From assembly GCA_964106645.2 (NCBI GenBank), contig OZ067041.1: 64,000 nt of DNA. The stretch is one strand, 5' to 3'. Under the pieces are notes generated by a model. It searched no databases, was not told the origin of the DNA, and was given only the letters and a program-made list of their open reading frames with translations. This document shows, piece after piece, positions 1 to 11,093 of the stretch (the first letter of the stretch is position 1; each line of letters begins with the position of its first letter). The stretch is from Podarcis pityusensis (taxonomy: Eukaryota). The translations under genes and the position numbers were made by a program.

Positions 1-572
1 ACATTTCCTTCTCTTTATCAGATGCCAACAGGTTTTTTGTGGCATTGAATGAGGTTTGTTGGAACTAATCAGAAACATGGTGAGTTGCTAACCCAGGAAC
101 TCCTCTACTGCAGAGAATAAGAGAGACAGAGTTTATATGGAAAACTCCAGGCCCTTGAATCTAGGATTTGTAATATGAGTGTAATCTCAAGCACTTGCAA
201 GGTTGCTTACTTATTGCTGTTATTTTCTATGCACGAGTGTGGTAGCCCAACTAACGTCTGGAGGGCTAATAATTTATCCAGTGCAGTGAGATCCAGAGGA
301 CAGTGGGAGCCAGTGTGGCTAAGGCAATGCTTCTGTTAACTCAAAACTGCTAATGGGGATGAATTTTGTTTTCGGTTAGTATGCAAAAAACTGATGACAG
401 CCAAGGTTAAACAGCTCTTCAAGCCATGTGTCCCTCTTCTTCCCATCCTCCCCCAGTTGTTCTTTGACCTGTTGGCTGCTACTACTCTGGCTCTGTAACT
501 CCCAGACCATGGCATTCTCATAGTTCTGCTTTCATATTTTTATCACTCCAGCAAATCTTTGCTCTGTTGCAG

Positions 573-707
573 GATAAAATTGTTGACCTGCGTCAAGAGT
601 TGATGATGGTGACACAAGAAAATACTGACAAACTGAAGCAAATGAACACATTTTGTATGGAGAAGATGACACTTGAAACTAAGTTGGACGCACTACAGAA
701 TAACCTG
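573..707 (+). CDS. CFAP44: CFAP44 (WDR52) penultimate coding exon
   Basis: ttgcag|GATAAA...AACCTG|gtatgt; 135 nt, phase 0; DKIVDLRQELMMVTQENTDKLKQMNTFCMEKMTLETKLDALQNNL resembles the coiled-coil C-terminus of human CFAP44 (recalled), and adjacency to BOC agrees. Confidence 0.9.
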
Positions 708-1059
708 GTATGTGCTGCTTTGATCACTTGTTCCTGACTAGCAAGCCATATAAACTGACCCTACTAGCTGCTGTCCTACCTAGGGAGGGTGTTATCCATG
801 TTCCTCAATAACCTGATCCACATTTTCTCTGTTGTTTATTCCTTGTATTGAATGTGTGCCTGCATTTAAATCACATTGGGTGACGGGAATGACACAAGCC
901 AATCACCAGAGAAAGTAATTTGCCCAACATCCAGAAGGGAATGAGCTCCTTGGTAGTATTACGGTCAAAAGTGTTGTAAGTGTTCTGTACCTGGAGTCTA
1001 TAAGTAATGTCATTGTTTCGTCTGTGATTGAGGGCAGTTTTTGGCTTTTGTTTCTTCAG

Positions 1060-1245
1060 GGAGCAGAATTCCAAGGGCCTCGCAAATCAGATATTGAGGA
1101 GAAGGAGAAGCTGATTGCATTGGTCCAGTTACAAGCCCAAGAAGCTGAAGTCCTGAAAGAAGAAATCACTCTTCTAAGCAGGAAGGATGGCCGCATCTTT
1201 CCACCCTCTCAGCCTGGATATCCTCAAGGTGGGATGCTGGATTAA
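1060..1245 (+). CDS. CFAP44: CFAP44 terminal coding exon (TAA 1243-1245)
   Basis: tttcttcag|GGAGCA; GAEFQGPRKSDIEEKEKLIALVQLQAQEAEVLKEEITLLSRKDGRIFPP..., in frame with the previous exon; resembles the FQGPR...LIQLQA...LKEEIALL C-terminus of CFAP44. Confidence 0.9.
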   Translation, partial: GAEFQGPRKSDIEEKEKLIALVQLQAQEAEVLKEEITLLSRKDGRIFPPSQPGYPQGGMLD

Positions 1246-1849
1246 ATCCTTTTCATGTCATTCCCTTGTTCTCATTTTTTATGCATATCAATCCTACTGC
1301 ATGAGAATAATTAGCAAGCTAGCCCTTGAGATTTAAGTTTCATATGATGTGTCCTGGTCTTAAGGCTCTTCCCCTTTTGGCAGAAATTCTGGACCTTTTA
1401 ATAGCATAGGCCAGGCAGAATGTTAAAACTTTTCCTTGCCTTCAGCGATTTGATACATTGATGGGAGAAAGTTGCAGATCTTGAATTTGTTTTTCATATG
1501 GCTGTTAAAGGCACAATTAAGAAAACAGTAGCAACCCCATCTATCTCTTTTACTTAGTGTACCCTGTTGGCTTTGGGCACATGGGGACATGGTGTTGGTC
1601 AACCCAGGCAGCCTGGCCAAATGGTCAGGGTTGATGAAGGCCAACATCTGGAGGGCACAATTAACTATGCTGTCTTAAAGTCTTCAAATAGATGTTTTAC
1701 TTCCTGATCCAAATATATGCAAGATCAGGCACAATGGATATACAGCCTTGTCCTCCTAATCGGGCAATTAGTATCTTGATGCAGATGTGTCTCCATATCT
1801 GTACTTTCAACCTGGAATTGTGTTGTTGATAAATACTTTTGAGATTGAC

Positions 1850-1855
1850 AATAAA
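1850..1855 (+). terminator. Candidate CFAP44 polyadenylation signal
   Basis: First AATAAA I found downstream of the CFAP44 stop (~600 nt). Confidence 0.5.
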
Positions 1856-2052
1856 ATCTGAGTCAATATAGCAATTGTTCTGATGTCCTCATTCAGCCCT
1901 GGAGCTGTTCACCTTATACTTTGTACTGAACTCAGCATTGCTTCAAATGATGTGCTTGCTATCTGGAGAATTCTCAGCTTTTTATATATACCGGTATATA
2001 TAGAAAAAAACTAGCATTGATTTATTTACTTTTTAAAACATTTCTGTGCCAG

Positions 2053-2217
2053 CAGTGGCGTAGCGTGGGTTGTCAGCACCCGGGGCAAGGCACGTAATTT
2101 GCGCCCCCTAACCCGTGGATTTTAGCAGGGGGCAGAGAGCTGCGAGTGCGAGCGAGCGCCCCCAGATGTTGCGCCCGGTGCGGCCGGCCCCCCCGCACCC
2201 CCCACGCTACGCCACTG
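2053..2217. mobile_element. Non-autonomous hAT-type MITE (165 bp)
   Basis: 17-bp perfect TIR CAGTGGCGTAGCGTGGG...CCCACGCTACGCCACTG and perfect 8-bp TSD TGTGCCAG (2045-2052, 2218-2225); CpG-rich, so young. Confidence 0.92.
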
Positions 2218-2585
2218 TGTGCCAGACGCTGACTTCAAAGGGAAGCTATTACTTTAAAGAAACAAGAGGTCTCTCTGTCTGCTCCAGTAGATATTCATGA
2301 TGCTTTATGAAATGGTTATAGGTGAAAACCATGTCCTAGATGACTCATCTTCCTATAGACTAGAAGCTAATCACATTAATAATACCCCTAAATTTGCACT
2401 GAAACCAGAAACTTAAAATGTTTCATTTTGAGTGCTAAACTTTCTTCCTTAGTGTTGTCCATTATCTTAATGAGGTGTGTGTTTGGTGAAAAATGAATGC
2501 TAAGGGGATTGTAACATGAGGAAAGGAGGCTTTACCTAAGTATAAGGAACCTAAATAAAAGTTCAGTCAAAGGGAAGAAACAGTC

Positions 2586-2591
2586 TTTATT
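2586..2591 (-). terminator. Candidate BOC polyadenylation signal
   Basis: AATAAA on the minus strand ~465 nt after the BOC stop; a second candidate lies at 2021-2026. Confidence 0.55.
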
Positions 2592-3056
2592 TACTTGATG
2601 AAGCATGGCATTGGTTTCATTATATAGGCACACTATCACAGAATCTGTGCTTGTATATATTGCTTGTTAATGCAGATAAATATGGTACCTACTTTATATC
2701 TGTTTTCCTTTGGCATTCTGCAATGAGATTCCTCCTGCTGGGAGGCAAGTAAAGACCCTTTCCCATAATCTCACCATTTAGAGACACCTTCTTGCAGCTG
2801 GAGAATGCAGCTCTTGCCCTTGTGCTTCTTCTGTTGCTGAGAGTAGGAAGCTGCCCTTTCCAAGTCGTGATCTGATGGAAGTACATGCTGTTGCCTCAGT
2901 TTATCACCTCTTGCGCATGATGCCATTTCTTTCAGCGTAATTATAGAAGGCAGATACACATCTATTTACAAGTGCATAAATATATAAATAGAGATGTAAT
3001 ACAAAAATAAATAACCCTTTTCTGTTTAGAATAGTCTTTGTAAGGCAATTAGTTCC

Positions 3057-3238
3057 CTAACTGGTGCCAGGAAGTGTCTCTAAGGGAACATGCAGTGGCA
3101 GGCTGTTCAGATGCTTCTCTGTGCTTCCAGCCAAGCAAGTGTCCACTGTGTTTAGGGGCCACGCTTGTCGTTCATCTTGGCAGAAATCTGTCCTCTCTAC
3201 GTCTTCAACTGGTACTAGACCAAGGCAGCAGGCAGAAT
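3057..3238 (-). CDS. BOC: BOC coding exon 18 (C-terminus, TAG)
   Basis: ttcccag|ATTCT; (D)SACCLGLVPVEDVERTD...VPLETLPGTS*; 182 nt. Confidence 0.92.
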
Positions 3239-4088
3239 CTGGGAAGACAAGGAAGGACAATGAAAGTGTGTCCTTGGTCAGATACCACTATTCTTCAAAA
3301 CACTTTGAAAGGAATTCACTATGAAAATCCAAAAGAGCTTAAATCCCTGCTCTGGAGATCATCCAGAAGGGTTACTACAATTTGTCAGATAGCAAGCTAT
3401 GATTGTATTACTGAAAATATAAAAAAACGAAGTGACATATACTGAAATGCTAAGAGTTTCTAGTAAAAGTGATGCCAGTGGAAAATGTCTGCAAATTTTC
3501 CCAGTACTGATAAATTCTCAAAAATCACCAATTAATGACAAGTTTCTACTCTGATTTATTCCATTTGCCAGCAAAAGGCATATTAGTAAATGCCAAGTAA
3601 GCCTTTGGTAATTGTTTTTGACATTTCAGACCTGAGCTACACTGTTATTTCATGCAGTCATTTCTGTGACACTCACACAAAAATGATTGTGTGAAAGAAG
3701 CCTGCATTAGTATAAAACACTTGACATTTTCCAAATCAAAATTCACTCTCTGACATTTACTGAAATTGATATAGATGCGTGCAGTTTTGGGTTGGAGGCA
3801 CAGCAATGTCATTGGAAAGTTGAATATGCTCCAGTTGGATCTATTGGATCTATCTTTCTAGGCCGTATATTTCAAATGCTTGAACATTAGTTTCTGTATA
3901 TGCCACCATATATAACTTGCAAATAATGCAGAACTTTAACTGAATAGAAAGCCCATGCCTACCATTCTCTCTGCTTTTCACATCAAGGTCCTGCCCTAGA
4001 TTTAGAAAGCAGCAACTTTCCTCCAAAGGTTAATGCATAGCAAGCAACAGCAGCAAAAATCTCCTTTTATGGTTTATGTCCCACTGAC

Positions 4089-4279
4089 CTGTATGGAAGA
4101 CAGGATCCTTCATGATTTCCTTAGTGGAGTTGCCCATTTTGCCTTGTGGCACAGAGTGACACAGGTCAAGGTAATGTTCACGATGATGGCAATTGTCATG
4201 TTGCTGAAGCAGCTGGTGTGTGGAGTCATCTGGAAGCCCATAGAGAAAAGAATTCTGTTCTGGTCCAGGACTAGGTGAC
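4089..4279 (-). CDS. BOC: BOC coding exon 17 (cytoplasmic)
   Basis: caacttag|GTCACC...ATACAG|gtcagt; SPSPGPEQNSFLYGLPDDSTHQLLQQHDNC...DPVFHT; 191 nt; this frame is not in the ORF track. Confidence 0.92.
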
Positions 4280-5045
4280 CTAAGTTGCAGAGAAAAAGCA
4301 ATTTGAGGACATCATCTTCAATTATCCTCTGATTAACTTCCTCATATACAAGTTAATTGAAGAAACAAAAAGGACACAGTTTGGCAGAGTTCATACGTTC
4401 ATTTCCATGCTCATTGTTCTAGGTTCTAGTAGGATATAATCTTACACAACAATATAGTATGCAGTTTCAATTGCGTTGTGATTACTGAGCATTACATTTC
4501 ACAGAGGTTATCAAGAGGATGAGCATGCCATGTATTTTGGAGCAGACAGTGACTAGGTATGATAGGTGATTGATTTTGGTGGGTTAAGGTAGGGTTAACT
4601 GGGTTGGGTAATGATCATGAGCTATGATGAAGGCAGGAGAGCAGAATTGTGGGGCTATATCTCACTAAATTGCTGAAACATGTTTGGATAATTACCTATT
4701 AGATTATTAATCTGATTCTGAGATGTTCTTTAATCTGCAGTGAGCCTATACACACACAGGCCTGCTACCATAAAATACATTTGTTTTGTCTGCCTCAGTT
4801 TAAAAGCAATTAGTGAATCAGTCCTATTGTGCCATCAGTACCATGAAATTAAAGGACTTCCAATTTCACTTCTATAAAACTTTAAGGGAACAGATTGCTG
4901 AACAAAACGTGGTATGAGCTTTGATTTTTTACGGCCCTAATGAAGACAATCTTGCATGACAGAAATGCTGACATAAGAGGCGTTTCCATCATTTCTGTGA
5001 CAGCATATTGCCATTACACATGAAGCCTGATGGCTAGAGTCATAC

Positions 5046-5116
5046 CTCTGGTGTTCAGCTGGAATATTTCCATTTTGCAGCACCCTCCCCTGCAGAAACG
5101 CATTGGTCCCATTCTG
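5046..5116 (-). CDS. BOC: BOC coding exon 16 (cytoplasmic)
   Basis: attctcag|CAGAAT...CCAGAG|gtatg; QNGTNAFLQGRVLQNGNIPAEHQ(R); 71 nt, phases fit both neighbours. Confidence 0.85.
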
Positions 5117-5311
5117 CTGAGAATAAAAAAATAAATTAGAAAAAGAAATATCTAGAAGACAATTAAAGAGTCTAGATTCCAAAGCCAATGCATGGGATTA
5201 TGCCAAAGGAGTTCAGCTTTAGATATTCAGAACCATTACTGCTTCTAGGATTATAAAAACTGAGCTGCTTTAGGGAACTGGACTCTACATTGATCCAGAA
5301 CCATAGGATTA

Positions 5312-5549
5312 CAGTGGTACCTCTGGATGTGAACGGGGTCCGTTCCAGAGCCCCGTTCGCATCCTGAAGAGAACGCAACCCGCGTCTGTGCGTGCTGCAA
5401 TTTGCTGCGTCTGCACATGCGCGTGACGTCATTTTGAGCATCTGCGCATGTACGAGCAGCGAAGTAACGCATTCTGTTACTTCCGGGTCGCCGCAGAGCA
5501 CAACCCGAAAACGCTCAACCCGAAGCTACTTTAACCCAAGGTATGACTG
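5312..5549. mobile_element. Tc1/mariner-superfamily MITE
   Basis: TA|CAGTGGTACCTCTGG...CCCAAGGTATGACTG|TA: imperfect TIRs with TA TSD; CpG-rich interior; termini shared with the copies at 26249 and 43924. Confidence 0.85.
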
Positions 5550-6242
5550 TACTGCGTCTCTGGGTCTTTGCATACAAATGGCTTCTGAAACTTTGCATAC
5601 AAATGGCCATGGGGAATTTATGTACTGCATTTTAAAGGATGTGATGCTTTAAAATGTTTATTAATAACCAGTTAGATGCTCAAAGGCTATTTATTGCATC
5701 ATATTCAGAATCTATAGGTTCAAAATTTTCCACTTGTCCAAAAGACCTAAAAACAAGACTGACCTCTCCAGGTTTACATTCTGGGAGGAAGGCTTAAAAC
5801 ACCTTTGCATCTGCCCCCAGAGGCTGTGGTTGTAAGGAACACTGGCAACAGTCCAATGAAGAAACCGTGGCATATGAGGAACTTAACATCTGGCTGATTC
5901 AGCCGCCATTTCCAAATGTGAAGATTCAGCTGCAGAGTGGCAACTGGAACAGTGGTCGCTAGGGGAAAGCTTATATAAATAGTATAGCTGCCCTGCCATA
6001 ATTTATTGCATTTTAAATATATTGCAAGTCACGCTGAAAACTTTGGTTAGTCAGCAGGGTATATAATCTCTAAATAAATTTTAGTCTGGGAACTGAAGTT
6101 TCTGGCAAAGCATTTCCCTTCCTCTTCTGCCTCCTGAGGCAGAAACAGAATGCTAGGCATTGGGCGTTGCAATGAGCCATTATTCAGGCCAAGGAGATAA
6201 AGAAGTCACTCAACACCCCCAGCTGTTGCTAAATAAATTTAC

Positions 6243-6469
6243 CTGTTGAACCTCATCTGGGCTGTAATCCTGTGACTTTGCGTTGGGATATCCAATTGTA
6301 GCTGAGGGGAAATGGCCATTGGCTCCCTGGTGTGCTGGCAGATGCACGCCATTTGCATAACGCAGCCCATTAGCTCGAGGAGTGGAGACCCCTTGCAGGG
6401 GCACCATGGTGTACTGGCAAGAGGACACCAGCAGCCCTGCACCAGGAAAACCCAGGTCTATGCTCTGCT
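6243..6469 (-). CDS. BOC: BOC coding exon 15 (juxtamembrane cytoplasmic)
   Basis: catttcag|AGCAGA...CAACAG|gtaaat; (K)QSIDLGFPGAGLLVSSCQYTMVPLQG...YSPDEVQQ; 227 nt. Confidence 0.93.
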
Positions 6470-6866
6470 CTGAAATGACAAAATAATATACATGTTAAAG
6501 ACTGAACATAGACATAACATGAGCTGCTGCTATAACTGGAAACACTGCAGACATAGCCATTGGGGAAGAAAAAGAAAACAGGAAAAAACATTCTGAGGAC
6601 AGTATAGAATATCTTTGGGCCTTGGTTATGAGTGGGCTTTTTAAGGCCACAGAGCCAATTCAGACAGTTATGTTCGTGAAATGACTTTTGGAAGTCAGAA
6701 TTTAATCACATGCACATGTGAAGTTATTTGAGGACGAGTTATTCACGCAACATGTCCTGTGAGTAGGAATATCATGAAATTGGGTTGGTTTCCCTTATTA
6801 TAGCCCAAAGTTGTGTGTGTGCCCTTTGTTTCAGAGTTACAGGTACCTTTTGTTAAAGTCACTTAC

Positions 6867-7088
6867 TCTGCTTGGACCAAGCCCTCCAAAGGCAAAATGG
6901 AATGAATGCCACAATGATGAGAACGATGGAGCCCAGCACCACCCCTACAATCAAGTATGGCAGATCACTGGAGCGAGCCACCATGGCCCCTGCCCCTAAG
7001 AAATTATGGCCACTGTTGGGTGGGGGGTGATGTATCGTAGATACTGTAGATGGTGGGAGGTGACCAGGCACTCCTGCAGATTTGCGAG
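6867..7088 (-). CDS. BOC: BOC coding exon 14 (transmembrane)
   Basis: cttgaag|CTCGCA...AGCAGA|gtaagt; contains LPYLIVGVVLGSIVLIIVAFIPFCLWRAWSKQ; 222 nt. Confidence 0.96.
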
Positions 7089-7171
7089 CTTCAAGAGAAA
7101 GAAAAGCATAGTTAAGATCTTTACACAGCCTCCATGCCCACCCCAATTTTTCAGTCTCAACATGATTCAAT

Positions 7172-7172
<1 letters not shown>

Positions 7173-7215
<43 letters not shown>

Positions 7216-7400
7216 TATTAAATTTCTATACCATCCTTCATTCAAGGATCACATAAAAATGCATAACGTAGTAATAAACAAAATACCCCCCCCCCCAATT
7301 TAAAAGGCCATAGCCTGTTTAAGCAGTCAAAGGCCTGTGAAAAGAGATATGCTTTTCCTAGCACCTAAAGATATGTAGCGAAGGTGCAAGGCAGCCTCCA
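7173..7400 (-). mobile_element. LINE-type 3' end fragment with (AAT)n tail
   Basis: (ATT)~14 run followed by tttattaaatttctatac...; a related tail occurs in opposite orientation at ~11975-12047. Boundaries approximate. Confidence 0.55.
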
Positions 7401-7819
7401 CATACTGCAACTTCTTCATAGTTTATGAACCTAGTTTGGATTCATTGCTCAGCCCATTTTTGCCTCTTGCTCTGCCCAATGCTGGCACATGGCCTCCATA
7501 AGGTGGCTCAGAAGGGAATGGGAGAAAGAAATGTTCCCCACTCCTGACTTACTGCATAATATCCAGTTGAGTCACTTTTTTCACCAATGGGGGGGACTTA
7601 TACCTTACCTTCAAATTCTGCAGTTAATGAATGAATTTTTATCACCAGAACTCCTCCCTTTCCTTAGTTTCATATTATTTGCTCTCCTAATCAGTTTCTC
7701 ACACGTATCACCCATGGATAATATATTTCTAAACTTCCTGATCTCTTCACAAGCTTATTCATATCGCAAAGTGGAGGAGGAGCATCTGAGATACCTGAAT
7801 ATAGTGTTGGACTAGTTAC

Positions 7820-7942
7820 CTTTGGTTTCACACATCATCACATTACTGAATTCACTCTCCCCACCCTCGTTGAAGCACTGCATCTTAATGTCATATGAAG
7901 TTTCTGGCTGGAGGTGGCTGATAGAATGCCAGTACCGGTCAC
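7820..7942 (-). CDS. BOC: BOC coding exon 13 (end of FNIII-3)
   Basis: ctattcag|GTGACC...CCAAAG|gtaact; (G)[40 protein letters not shown]; 123 nt. Confidence 0.96.
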
Positions 7943-8244
7943 CTGAATAGGAAGCAACATACACACAAGTGTCACTTTCCTTTTATTCTATCCCAATGCC
8001 ATAAATGGATCACTGTATTATCACACAGCAATATAGACATGGGACAGTTAACAGCAAACACAATTCCCCCCCCACACACTTGCTGGGAAATGCCTATTAT
8101 TATTATTTCAATTTATATACCATTAATATTAATATTATTATTATTTAAATTTATATACCATTATATACCATTATGTGGATAAGCCCTCAGTAGACTATTT
8201 GGGGCAATTAACATTTGGGATCCAACCAGCTGATGTATCCTTAC

Positions 8245-8350
8245 CTTCTACTGTATCCCTCTTGTAATCACTGTCATTGTCACTGTCAGTTGGTCGATAA
8301 TAGATGTAAAAACCGTGAATTGGAGTATTGTTATTGCTGGCTGAAATGTA
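8245..8350 (-). CDS. BOC: BOC coding exon 12 (FNIII-3, Hedgehog-binding repeat)
   Basis: ttctatag|TACATT...TAGAAG|gtaagg; [35 protein letters not shown]; 106 nt. Confidence 0.96.
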
Positions 8351-8386
8351 CTATAGAAAGGAGCAAAAGGCAGAAATTAACAAAAG

Positions 8387-8620
8387 AAGAAGAAGAGTTT
8401 GGATTTGATATCCCGCTTTATCACTACCTGAAGGAGTCTCAAAGCGGCTAACAATCTCCGTTCCCTTCCTCCCCCACAACAAACACTCTGTGAGGTGAGT
8501 GAGGCTGAGACTTCAGAGAAGTGTGACTGGCCCAAGGTCACCCAGCAGCTGCATGTGGAGGAACGGGGAATCAAACCCAGTTCACCAGATTGTGAGTCCA
8601 CCGCTCTTAACCACTACACC
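8387..8620 (-). mobile_element. tRNA-derived SINE with (TTC)n tail
   Basis: Minus strand has A-box-like GGTGTAGTGG, B-box-like GGTTTGATTCC and a MIR/CORE-like GTGACCTTGGGCCAGTCAC; flanked by direct repeat ACAAAAG (8380-8386, 8621-8627). Confidence 0.85.
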
Positions 8621-10240
8621 ACAAAAGTGTTGGTGTTCATCGCAGAGGCAGAGAATAAGGCAGGACTGGGCAGACTTCTGGATTGTGGGATTTATTTCAG
8701 TGTGTACTGGAACACCAAGATCTGACAACGGCAAAATAATGGTAATGAGTGGAGCAAGGTGCAAAATGTATTTGTGAAGGCTTTTTAAGAAATAGGCTTC
8801 AGTATTGCGATCCTCAGTAAAGCTGAACCCAAGGCTTAAATATTTTGCACAAGTTACACTTTGTTCTCTTTCTTCATATGATGAATTGAACTATATATAT
8901 AGCCTTGAACACTGTTATTTGGCAGGTGAGGAAAAGAGTTTTAAAAATCCATTATGATAGCATAGGATATGATAGTACTATAATTATCACTGTGATAGAA
9001 CTCCTACTTTCACAAAAAAGAGAGTTATGGCCCTAGGGACAAGTTGCTGGGTATGTCGTCTCTCTTGTGGAAGATGGGGGGAAATATCCAGCAATTTGTG
9101 CCTACAACTAATTGCTGTCTTGTTTGGTTAAAGCAGGAGTTCTCAAAACTGTAGGGCAGATACATGGTCTTAAAGAAGGCCACTATTTCTCACTGTCAAT
9201 CTTCAGCTCACTACTCATTTTGTACTGCATATGATCAGAGATACATCAAGCCCAGTACAGTCAATACTAATCGGCAGTATATCACTAGCAGTTTTATTTC
9301 TTAGCCCTGCGACTTGAAATCATTAGTGGATGATGTCAGGGATTTACCCAGAGACTGTCATATATGCATGCAAACTACCAGGCAAGTGTTCTACCATTAA
9401 GCTACATAGAAAAGGGGACCTCTTTCTACTCTTCCCCTTTTCTATGTATCCATCATTTGCCTACTCATTCCTTCTTCCTGCTGTTGTGTTCATATTAACC
9501 ACTCAGAATCCATTGTTTGCAATGGATTTTCCCACAGGCAGGAAAATAGAGATGATTTGGGGCTGATGCATGAGAATCTACTAGCAATAAGCAGTTTGAT
9601 AACTTTTTTAAACATGCCTGCACTGACTATTCCCAGGCATAGGATATTGCAGTAGGAGAACAGGAGAAATAATGGGAATCTTTCCCACAATTGCTACAAA
9701 CTGGAAAAAAATGTACAAGCTATAAAGAAAGGCACATATTTGTGTTTCAGATAGTGCATTGTCTAATTTTCTTTAGCTAAAGGAGACTACTCTATAGAAA
9801 TTTGAGAACCTTTGTTTCAAAATGAATGCTGATATTAAAGCTATTATGTGGACTTTGCAGAGGCTGGAAAGTGCTACATGTGATGGGTGGGTATATATGA
9901 GAGCAATAATACTGCTCAATTTTGGAACTTTTAACTGAAATGCAATGAACACAAATGATCTAAGCCACAAAGTCCATAAAATCAAATGTGTGCTTGAGTG
10001 TTGAAACACAGAACTGCGACACTAAAAGTGTCCAGCACAATAGAGTAGAAGAAGGGAAGCAACAGAGAAACTTAAGGTCGTGATAATTAAAATTTGGCAC
10101 TAGTTAGTATCAGCAGTGTTAACAGGAATAATGTTGTAAGAAATCCTGTGCAATTTTACTGAGCACATTTTGCTACAGATGAAAAAAAACCCTGTCCTAT
10201 CTTTTGAGTTCTAGTCCCAGCTCCTGCCTCCCCTGCTTAC

Positions 10241-10422
10241 CATCCACTTCAGCATGATGGTGGTCTCATTGATGGCATCCGTGAAGGTGATGTATGGCCC
10301 TGTGACAGGGCGCTCATATACACGGTTGCTGTAGCCCGATACCACATGTGGTTTAGATGGAGCACTTGGCTCACTCTCCCCCAGTATGTTCAATGCTCGC
10401 ACTCGAAATTTGTAGGATGTGC
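10241..10422 (-). CDS. BOC: BOC coding exon 11 (FNIII-2 end / FNIII-3 start)
   Basis: tattctag|GCACAT...TGGATG|gtaagc; (G)TSYKFRVRALNILGESEPS...GPYITFTDAINETTIMLKWM; 182 nt. Confidence 0.96.
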
Positions 10423-10974
10423 CTAGAATATGGAATGGAGAAACAATGCAGGAGAAAAGTGAGCAGACCTCTGACCTTGGTATTTTCCTTGTTCATCTCT
10501 TCCTGAAAACTCAGACATTCCACATTAGCAGGTGGCAAAATGACATACTGCAGAGCCAGTGTTTCCTGACCTCATGAACTAAGAAACCAAATAGCAGCAA
10601 AAGTCTAATCTTGCCGCCCCAGACAATGACTGCTTTTTAAAAGGTTCAGGTGTTTTTTTAACCTGGTCTGAATGGTCAAGAGATCACATTTGCTACCTTA
10701 CTTCAGATGCACAGAAGAGACTGAGTGCTAATGTACACGCTACATGCCAACAAGTGTAAAGAACAGTTGATCTATGGCTTTTGTCTTTGCATGAAAAGCT
10801 GCTTTACGGTGGATGTTTGGAGAAATGGATACAAGGACACACACAATTAACCATTTTACTTCCTGCTATTTCTTCAAAACTGTATTTGTGAGGGTAAACA
10901 AAGGCTTGAAATCTTGCAGTGAGGGAAGATACAAAGTGGGTGACTTTGTAGAGCCATAAAACTGTAGACTTGGG

Positions 10975-11093
10975 CATGGGCGTAGCCAGGCTTTATGTTA
11001 GAGGGGAAGTACCTCAGTTAGTTATTTTGTATTGATTTACTTGGTTTGGGGGGGGCAGCTGCCCCTCCCCGCCCTCCTTTGGCAACACCCATG
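10975..11093. mobile_element. Short hAT-type MITE
   Basis: TIR CATGGGCGTAGCCA...TGGCAACACCCATG; 8-bp flanks GACTTGGG / GACTAGGG (7/8 match). Confidence 0.75.

Noticed and set aside
7089-7245. Poly-Asn N-terminal extension of the TM-exon ORF (and poly-Ile/Tyr/Leu ORFs at 7006, 35157, 35309, 63280)
   Set aside because: These are translations of intronic (AAT)n tails of retroelements, outside the splice sites.
8095-8172. Local tandem duplications (also 5568-5608 and 47164-47208)
   Set aside because: Ordinary short slippage duplications in AT-rich intron sequence with no functional signal.
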